The position numbers were made by a program, and so were the translations under genes. The notes beneath the pieces are model-generated. The model was given only the letters and a program-made list of their open reading frames with translations, was not told the DNA's origin and made no database searches. A stretch of 64,000 nucleotides of DNA from an uncultured Methylomirabilota bacterium (GTDB lineage: Bacteria; Methylomirabilota; Methylomirabilia; Methylomirabilales; 2-02-FULL-66-22), in NCBI GenBank assembly GCA_963705305.1, contig OY970067.1, forward strand, positions 3,584,001-3,648,000. The letters run 5' to 3'. Positions 55,482-64,000 of this stretch are shown piece after piece. Every line of letters starts with the position of its first letter. The stretch's first letter is position 1.

Positions 55482-55929
55482 AGGGACGCAAGCTGAAATA
55501 CCTGGTGGCGGCGGCCATCGTGGCGGCGGCCCTGGGAGGCCTGGTCTATTCCGGCGTGAAGGAGTCGGTGGTCTACTTCTACACGCCGAGCGAGCTGATG
55601 CAGAAACGACAGGCGCTGGAGGGCAGGGCGCTGCGCATCGGCGGCATGGTGCAGCCGGGCTCCGTGCACTGGGACCCGCAAACCCTGCTGCTCACCTTCA
55701 CGCTCACCGACGGCCAGGGCACCGTGGCCGTCCGGCACGCGGGGACCGCCCCCGACCTGTTCAGGGCGGGGGCGGGGGCGGTGGTCGAGGGCACCTGGTC
55801 GCCGGCCGGGTACTTCCAGGCCACCACCATCATGGCCAAGCACTCGGAGGAGTATAAGCCGCCGGCCCATCCGGAGACGCTGGAGGCGAAGAAGGAGATG
55901 TTCAGGTCTATCCTGAAAGAGGAGAAGCA

Positions 55930-55933
<4 letters not shown>
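55478..55933 (+). CDS. ccmE: Heme chaperone
   Basis: YFYTPSE, RIGGMV, PDLF and AKHSEEY (HxxxY). Confidence 0.95.
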
Positions 55934-57915
<1,982 letters not shown>

Positions 57916-57936
57916 GCGAGTGCTCTGGAGTTGCGC

Positions 57937-58461
57937 ATGTCCTGGAAGAAAGCCCTGATCCCCCTGTCCTGCGTGCCGGTCATCATCCTGCTGGCCTACG
58001 GCTTCCGGACCGATCCGCGGGCCATTCCCTCCCCGCTGGTCCAGAAGCCGGCGCCCATCTTCCGGCTGGCAGCCTACGGGGGGCCGGAGGTCTCGCTGGA
58101 CAATCTCAAGGGGAAGCCGGTTCTGCTGAACTTTTGGGCCTCCTGGTGCTACCCCGCCTGCTACGAGGAGGCGCCGCCGCTCGAGGCCACCTGGCAGAAA
58201 TACAAGGATCAGGGGCTCGTCATGCTGGGGGTGGACATCCAGGACAAGGAGGCCGACGCCAAGGAGTTCCTCAGCCGCTTCGGGTACACGTTCCCCAACG
58301 GGCCTGACCCGGGCGGCAAGATCTCCATCGATTACGGAGTCTACGGCGTGCCCGAGACGTTCTTCATCGACCGAAAGGGGCGGATCGCGTACAAGCAGGT
58401 CGGAGGCCTGACGCCCGAGATCATCGAGGCGCAGGTGCGCGCCCTGCTGAGGAGCGAGTGA
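57937..58461 (+). CDS. ccmG: Thiol:disulfide oxidoreductase DsbE/TlpA with CYPAC motif
   Basis: LNFWASWCYPACYEEAP, YGVYGVPETFFID and position within the ccm operon. Confidence 0.88.
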   Translation: MSWKKALIPLSCVPVIILLAYGFRTDPRAIPSPLVQKPAPIFRLAAYGGPEVSLDNLKGKPVLLNFWASWCYPACYEEAPPLEATWQKYKDQGLVMLGVDIQDKEADAKEFLSRFGYTFPNGPDPGGKISIDYGVYGVPETFFIDRKGRIAYKQVGGLTPEIIEAQVRALLRSE

Positions 58462-58462
58462 G

Positions 58463-59011
58463 ATGTGGCCGGCGGCGGTGCGGTCCATGCGGCGAGAGCC
58501 TGTTCCAGCCTGCGGGTGGGCGCTCATGGCGGCGGCGCTGATCTGCCTGACCTGGGTCCTCCAGGGTCCACTCTTGACGGCGGGCGCCGCGGAGGGCGTA
58601 CCCCTGTCCCCCGCCCAGGAGGCAAAAGCCAGAGGGATCGCGTCGGAGCTGCGCTGTGTGGTGTGCCAGAACCTCTCGGTGGAGGACTCACCGTCCGATC
58701 TGGCCAAGGAGATGCGGAACCTGGTGCGCGAGCAGGTTCGCCGGGGGAAGAGCAAGCAGGAGATCGAGGACTACTTCGTCAGCCGCTACGGGGAGTTCGT
58801 GCTCCTGGCTCCTCCCAAGCGGGGCTTCAACCTGTTGGTGTGGGGTCTCCCGTTCGTGGCGATCCTGGCGGGGGCTTGCGGGGTCTACCTGGTGGCCCGG
58901 CGCTGGGCGCAGCAGGGCCGGGCGCATGCCACGCCGACCGTGGACCCGGCGTATACCGAGCGGGTGCAGCGCGAGCTGCGCGAGCGCGAGGGAAGCGCGG
59001 ACCGGCCGTGA
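58463..59011 (+). CDS. ccmH: Cytochrome c biogenesis protein CcmH
   Basis: LRCVVCQN and FVSRYGEFVLLAP. Confidence 0.92.
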   Translation: MWPAAVRSMRREPVPACGWALMAAALICLTWVLQGPLLTAGAAEGVPLSPAQEAKARGIASELRCVVCQNLSVEDSPSDLAKEMRNLVREQVRRGKSKQEIEDYFVSRYGEFVLLAPPKRGFNLLVWGLPFVAILAGACGVYLVARRWAQQGRAHATPTVDPAYTERVQRELREREGSADRP

Positions 59012-59103
59012 GCGGCCGCGGAGGCCTGCCGCCTCCAGCTGGCCGGACCCCGTCGTATTCCTGCCCCCGATCGCCGGGCCGGCGGCATTCCTAAGGAGAG
59101 TGC

Positions 59104-59448
59104 ATGATCGTCGTGGTGACGCTCGGCATCGCATTCGTCGTGGTGGCATTCGTGGCGGCCCCCTTCTTCCTTGTCCCGCGGCACGTTGCCCCCGCGGCCG
59201 GCGGGGAGAACCCGATGCCGGAGCCGCTCCGCGAGCTGCTGGCGGAGAAAGAGACCGTCTACGCCGCCATCCAGGAGCTGGATTTCGATTTCAAGTCCGG
59301 CAAGCTGTCCGCCGAAGATCACCAGACTCTGCGGCAGCGGCACGAAGCCGAGGCCGCCGTGCTGCTCCAGAGGATCGACGAGCTGCAGGCGCAGTCGCAG
59401 AAGACGCAGCCGATCGGAAAGGCGCGCCGGGAGCGGCGCACGGCATGA
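59104..59448 (+). CDS. CcmI/CycH N-terminal-like membrane protein without TPR domain
   Basis: TM segment then KETVYAAIQELDFDFKSGKLSAEDHQTLR. Confidence 0.7.
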   Translation: MIVVVTLGIAFVVVAFVAAPFFLVPRHVAPAAGGENPMPEPLRELLAEKETVYAAIQELDFDFKSGKLSAEDHQTLRQRHEAEAAVLLQRIDELQAQSQKTQPIGKARRERRTA

Positions 59449-60590
59449 GGGCCATGCGGGATCAGCTCCGGCGGGCCGGCCTGTCGGACCTCTTCGAGAA
59501 GGTGCAGGCCGGCCGCCGTCTCGATGCCGGCGACGGGATGCGGCTGTACACGACGCCCGACCTCACCGCCGTGGGATACCTGGCGAACCTGGTGCGCGAG
59601 CGGCGGAGCGGCGACCGCACCTACTACGTGTGCAACCTGCACATCAACTACACCAATATCTGCAACAAGCTGTGCAAGTTCTGCTCTTTTTACGCCGCGC
59701 CCAACAGCGACGACGGCCGCGGTTACGTCCTCAGCCCGGAAGAGGCAGCCGCCCGCGTGGCCCGGTACGCCGATGAGCCCATCCGCGAGATCCACATGGT
59801 GGCGGGAATCAACCCCAAGCTGCCCTACCAATACTACCTGGATCTCCTGCGAGCGGTGCGGGCCGCGCGCCCGGAGGCCCAGATCAAGGCCTTCACCATG
59901 ATCGAACTGGCCCAGATCGCCCGTGCGGCCAAGCGGCCGCTGCCGGACATCCTGCCGGAGTTGCGGGCGGCCGGCCTCACCGCCTGTCCCGGCGGCGGGG
60001 CGGAGGTCTTCAGCGACCGGGTCCACGAAGAGCTGTTCCGGGCCAAGCTGGACAACCAGGGCTGGTTCGAGGTGGCGCGGGCCGTCCACCGGGCGGGCAT
60101 CCCGTCCAACGCCACCATGCTGTACGGGCATATCGAGACCGTCGAGGAGAAGGTGCGGCATCTCCTGCACATGCGGGAGCTGCAGGACGAGACCGGCGGG
60201 TTCATGTGTTTCGTGCCCCTGGCTTTCGACCCCAGCCGGACGGAGCTGGACCACCTGCCCGCTCCCACCGGCTACGCCAACCTGCGGGAGATCGCGGCGG
60301 CCCGCCTGCTGCTGGACAATTTCCCGCACGTGAAAGCCTTCTGGATCATGATCACCCCCGCCGTGGCGCAGGCGGCCCTGTGGTATGGGGCCGACGACCT
60401 GGACGGGACGGTGTCCCACTACGAGATCACGCACGCCCTGGGGACGGATTCCCACCGGCAGGCCCTCCGCACGGCGGATCTGCTCGATCTCATCACCGAG
60501 GCCGGCCGCGTGCCGGTCGAGCGGGATGCCTTGTACCGGGTGATGGGCGAGGCCGAGGCCCCGGCGGGAGTCGGGAGTCGGGTCTCATGA
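59445..60590 (+). CDS. mqnE: Aminofutalosine synthase (radical SAM, CofH/MqnE family)
   Basis: NYTNICNKLCKFC, PGGGAE, NATMLYGHIE, DNFPHVKAFWIM and GADDLDGTV. Confidence 0.85.
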   Translation: MRAMRDQLRRAGLSDLFEKVQAGRRLDAGDGMRLYTTPDLTAVGYLANLVRERRSGDRTYYVCNLHINYTNICNKLCKFCSFYAAPNSDDGRGYVLSPEEAAARVARYADEPIREIHMVAGINPKLPYQYYLDLLRAVRAARPEAQIKAFTMIELAQIARAAKRPLPDILPELRAAGLTACPGGGAEVFSDRVHEELFRAKLDNQGWFEVARAVHRAGIPSNATMLYGHIETVEEKVRHLLHMRELQDETGGFMCFVPLAFDPSRTELDHLPAPTGYANLREIAAARLLLDNFPHVKAFWIMITPAVAQAALWYGADDLDGTVSHYEITHALGTDSHRQALRTADLLDLITEAGRVPVERDALYRVMGEAEAPAGVGSRVS

Positions 60591-61669
60591 ATGTTGCGCA
60601 TCACGATCTGGAGGATATCGAGGACAGGATCCTGGCGGGCGAGCGACTGAGCTTTGCCGACGGCGTCCGGCTGTTCCGGCAGGCCAACCCGCTCCAGCTC
60701 TCCGTCTGGGCGTCCCTGGTCCGCCGGCGTCTGCATCCGGACGATCTGGTCACCTACGTCATCGGCCGGAACATCAACTATACCAACGTCTGCTGGGTGC
60801 AGTGCAAGTTCTGCAATTTTTACCGGCTGCCCGGCTCCGGCGGGGGCTACGTCCTGACCCGGGAGCAGATCTTCCGAAAGATTCAGGAGCTGGTGGACCT
60901 GAACGGGACCGAGATTCTGATCCAGGGCGGGTTGAACCCAGCGCTCAAGATCGACTTCTTCGAGGAGCTATTCCGCGAGATCAAGGCGCGCTTTCCCATC
61001 CACATTCACGGGCTGTCGCCGGCCGAGATCATCTATCTGGCCAAGATCTCCGGCCTCGGGGAGGCGGAGTGCCTGCGCCGCCTCCGGACTGCGGGGCTGG
61101 ATTCCGTGCCGGGGGCGGGCGCGGAGATGCTGGTGGAGGAGGTGCGGGAGCAGATCGCGCCGTACAAGGACTCAACCGAGGCCTGGCTCAACCTCATGCG
61201 CACCGCCCACCGGCTGGGGATCCCATCTACCGTGACCATGATGTACGGGTCGGTGGAGACGGTGGAACAGCGGGTGGAGCACCTCATCGCGGTGCGGGAT
61301 CTCCAAGACGAGACGGGGGGGTTCCGGGCCTTCATCCCCTGGAGCTTTCAACCGGAAGGGACGCACCTCTCCACGGTGAAGCGGGCCAGCGGGCTGGATT
61401 ACCTCCGGACGGTAGCCGTGTCGCGCCTGATCCTGGACAACATCCCCAACATCCAGGCCTCCTGGTTGACCCAGGGGCCCCGCATCGGCCAGATCGCCCT
61501 CCAGTACGGGGTCAATGACATGGGCAGCACCGTCATGGAGGAGAACGTCGTCACGGCCAAAGGGGCCGTCTTCCTCGTTCCGCTGCCGGAGATCGAGCGC
61601 CTCATCCGGGACGCCGGCTTTCGCCCGGCCCGCCGCAACACCCGCTACGAGCTGCTCCCCGCCGCCTGA
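60587..61669 (+). CDS. mqnC: Cyclic dehypoxanthine futalosine synthase
   Basis: RNINYTNVCWVQCKFC, QGGLNP, FIPWSFQP, IQASWLTQG and NDMGSTVMEENVV. Confidence 0.9.
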   Translation: MNVAHHDLEDIEDRILAGERLSFADGVRLFRQANPLQLSVWASLVRRRLHPDDLVTYVIGRNINYTNVCWVQCKFCNFYRLPGSGGGYVLTREQIFRKIQELVDLNGTEILIQGGLNPALKIDFFEELFREIKARFPIHIHGLSPAEIIYLAKISGLGEAECLRRLRTAGLDSVPGAGAEMLVEEVREQIAPYKDSTEAWLNLMRTAHRLGIPSTVTMMYGSVETVEQRVEHLIAVRDLQDETGGFRAFIPWSFQPEGTHLSTVKRASGLDYLRTVAVSRLILDNIPNIQASWLTQGPRIGQIALQYGVNDMGSTVMEENVVTAKGAVFLVPLPEIERLIRDAGFRPARRNTRYELLPAA

Positions 61670-61746
61670 GCGGTGGGACCCGGCCAATCTGTGCGATCTT
61701 TCTGTCCTTGACGGTGGCCTGTTTCGGATGAAAGGAGTGTCAGCCG

Positions 61747-62190
61747 ATGGTTCCCTACGAGAGGCAGATGCCCACCGTCATCCGGCCGAGCCAGATTGCC
61801 ACCGACGTGACATACGAGCCGCCGCTGCGCGTCGGGTTCGGGATCAACGACACGACCGTGGACGGCGCCACGGCGACCATGGGGCGCACGATCCTGGTGC
61901 CGGGCGCCGGTCCCAACCCGACCCACTACCATTCGGTGAACGACGTCTGTTGGTACATCCTGTACGGCCGGATACGGGCGTGGTTCGCGCGGTCTGACGG
62001 GAGCGACCGGAAAGAGGTGATTCTCGAAGGCGGCGACTTTGTCTACATTCCCAGCGGGGCCATCCACGTCATCGCCAATGCCTCGGACAGCGAGGAGGCG
62101 TCCCTGATCTTCTGCTATATCGGCGTAGGCAACACCGGGGCCGCCAAGACAGTCTGGCTGGACACGTCCCGGATGGCCCCGGATGCCTGA
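61747..62190 (+). CDS. Cupin domain protein
   Basis: PTHYH...YILYG and GDFVYIPSGAIH cupin motifs; AAGGAG RBS. Confidence 0.85.
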   Translation: MVPYERQMPTVIRPSQIATDVTYEPPLRVGFGINDTTVDGATATMGRTILVPGAGPNPTHYHSVNDVCWYILYGRIRAWFARSDGSDRKEVILEGGDFVYIPSGAIHVIANASDSEEASLIFCYIGVGNTGAAKTVWLDTSRMAPDA

Positions 62191-62453
62191 CTTTTGTGTC
62201 TGCTTGCGTCTCCCAACCGGCTCAGCAAGCCAGGTGCTGCGACGGCGGGCAGACATCGTGCGCCATGAAGCTATGGGTCTCCTGCGCCAGGAGGATCGGT
62301 CCGGTTCAGCTCGAGGCATCGAGCAATACGGCTGCGAGCAGGCACGCTGAGTCGGCACGGGCTGCTGGGGGTCGGAAGAGAACGCAGGCCGGGCTCGGCC
62401 CCCGGCCGGCAGGGGCATCGCATGGTGCCCGTAGCCTCTGAGGTGGTGCAACG

Positions 62454-63650
62454 ATGTTCGGGATGCGATTCCTGCGACTCCGCATAATTTTCTTCATGCT
62501 TGGGTTGCTGGCCCAGTGGTATGTCTTCGTCCGTATCCGGCGGGCCATCCGGGCTTCCGGATGCTCCGACCGTCTCAAACGCCGCACGGTCCGTCTGGTG
62601 GGGGCGGCCATTGCGCTGCTGTTCGGGGTGAATGTGTGGATGCTCTTCCGGCCCATCCTCTGGGTCGATCCGCCCCGGGTGGCGCAGATTGGATTCTTCT
62701 ATCCGGCTGCAGCGTGGAGCTTCGGATCGGTCGTTTCGGCCCTGTTGCTTTTGCTGGCGGCGATTCCCGGATGCCTGAAGGCGCTGGCGGGCAGGCTCGC
62801 CCGCGGGGCGGCGAACCCCGTCACCGCCGCCCCGATGAATCCAGGGCGCCGTCGATTCCTGCAGGCAGGGACGGCCGGACTCGTCGCGGCCCCCCTGGTG
62901 GTCTCCGGGTATGGTGTCGCATACGCGAGCAGGGATTACCGGGTCGAGGAGGTCGCCTTGCCCTTCGGCAGGTCCGTGCGCGTCGTGCAACTCACCGACA
63001 TCCATGCCGGCGTCTACATGACCCGGGATGATATGCGGTGCTACGCCGACCAGGTCATAGCCCTGCAGCCCGACCTTTTCGTCCTGACCGGGGACTTCAT
63101 CTCGAACTCGATGGTGTTTCTTCCAGACTGTGTGGAGGAGATGGCTCGGGTGCGCGCCCGCTACGGGAGCTTTGCGACACTGGGAAATCACGAGCATATG
63201 TGGGGGAGGCCGGATGAAGTTCGGGATATTCTCGAGCGGCATCGAATCCCGCTCCTGAACAACGCCCACCAGATGGTCCAGACCGACCAAGGCCCATTCG
63301 CCGTCGTAGGGATCGACGATCTGATCACCGGACAGCCCGATCTGGACGGGGCGCTGCGGGGACTGGATCCCGGCATCCCAACGCTTCTGCTGTCGCATCG
63401 CCCGGAGATTTTCCCCGTGGCTGCCTCCCGTCGGATTCCGCTGACCCTGGCGGGCCATTGGCACGGGGGGCAAATCAAGCTGAGCCTGCCGGGGATGGAG
63501 ATCAGCTTTGCGCACCTCTGGACGCCCTACCCGGAGGGGCTGTACCGGATCAAGGCGTCGCATCTCTACGTCAGCCGCGGGATCGGGACCACGTTCACTC
63601 CGGTTCGGCTGAATGCGCCGCCTGAAGTCACTTTGTTTCGTTTAGAGTAG
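62454..63650 (+). CDS. Membrane-anchored metallophosphoesterase (YkuE/YaeI-like)
   Basis: TDIH, TGDF, GNHE, SHRP, AGHWHGGQ and YVSRGIG; three N-terminal TMs followed by GRRRFL. Confidence 0.92.
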   Translation: MFGMRFLRLRIIFFMLGLLAQWYVFVRIRRAIRASGCSDRLKRRTVRLVGAAIALLFGVNVWMLFRPILWVDPPRVAQIGFFYPAAAWSFGSVVSALLLLLAAIPGCLKALAGRLARGAANPVTAAPMNPGRRRFLQAGTAGLVAAPLVVSGYGVAYASRDYRVEEVALPFGRSVRVVQLTDIHAGVYMTRDDMRCYADQVIALQPDLFVLTGDFISNSMVFLPDCVEEMARVRARYGSFATLGNHEHMWGRPDEVRDILERHRIPLLNNAHQMVQTDQGPFAVVGIDDLITGQPDLDGALRGLDPGIPTLLLSHRPEIFPVAASRRIPLTLAGHWHGGQIKLSLPGMEISFAHLWTPYPEGLYRIKASHLYVSRGIGTTFTPVRLNAPPEVTLFRLE

Positions 63651-63699
63651 ATGGGGGAGAGAATTAGGGTGAAACGAATCCAGACGTTTGGCAGTATAA

Positions 63700-63715
63700 G
63701 TGAGTAAGCACTCAC
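63700..63715. promoter_or_regulatory. Palindromic operator candidate
   Basis: GTGAGT-AAGC-ACTCAC in an AT-rich patch about 115 nt upstream of ATG 63831. Confidence 0.45.
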
Positions 63716-63830
63716 ATATTATTAGGACAAGAGCAAGAGATCGAGAATCGAGCCCGGGTTTTGCGTGTGCCTACAAGGATTGCTGCGATGCGGCCCGGAT
63801 CCGGCAGGGGGGAAGGGAGGTTAGACTGAC

Positions 63831-64000
63831 ATGGCTACGCGCACGAGCGCAATCGCGGCTGCCCTCTTGAGCCTGGCGTTGATACTGGGCGGGGGGCTCT
63901 CTTCCGGGGCCGCTGCCCAGGTACCGGACGAAGAGGGGGCGATCGGGCGCATACCTGCACGCCTCAGCTATACCAACGGGCAGGTGTCGTTCTGGCGGCC
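63831..64000 (+). CDS. Exported FecR/DUF6600-like protein, N-terminus only
   Basis: GGGAGG RBS; signal peptide MATRTSAIAAALLSLALILGG...AAAQ; ARLSYTNGQVSFWRP; runs off the window. Confidence 0.65.
   Translation, partial: MATRTSAIAAALLSLALILGGGLSSGAAAQVPDEEGAIGRIPARLSYTNGQVSFWR

Noticed and set aside
59445..61669. Assignment as F420 biosynthesis cofG/cofH
   Set aside because: The C-terminal motifs (KAFWIM/GADDLDGTV and QASWLTQG/MEENVV) fit MqnE and MqnC better.
62830..62900. Internal RRRFL motif in the metallophosphoesterase as a novelty
   Set aside because: An internal twin-arginine motif after TM helices is common in this family.

Overview
A GC-rich bacterial chromosomal window. The gene style and repeat families suggest Methylomirabilota/Rokubacteria, but that is inference only. 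I found no rRNA, tRNA or CRISPR array. Positions 1-23.7 kb form an accessory, partly decaying region: a Tat-tagged NAD oxidoreductase, an MFS transporter, a minus-strand run of Crp regulator, response regulator, small Cys-rich protein and frameshifted HNH gene, a 361-bp internally deleted IS481, UPF0182 plus PPK2, a broken URO-D family gene, an Fe-ADH, a second copy of the small Cys-rich gene, and an SDR / decarboxylating dehydrogenase / TAXI-TRAP / LarA cluster. Positions 24-43.7 kb hold two xanthine-oxidase-family molybdoenzyme operons (PaoABC-like with an extra Cys-rich ORF, and IorAB-like) plus xdhC and mocA. Two tandem orphan PilY1-like adhesin genes lie between them, each with its own duplicated sigma54 promoter and upstream motifs, and CTAG-bounded MITE-like elements follow both operons. 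Positions 45-64 kb are mostly core-like genes: B12-radical SAM, glnS, aldolase, PHP, fused AhbAB, ccmABCDEFGH plus a CcmI-like ORF, mqnE-mqnC, cupin, metallophosphoesterase and the start of a FecR/DUF6600-like gene. The best candidates for undescribed biology are the 92-aa CC-x22-CxxC paralog pair, the duplicated sigma54-driven PilY1 cassettes, the CTAG MITE family, the Cys-rich fourth gene of the molybdoenzyme operon, and a CcmG with a CxxxC active site.
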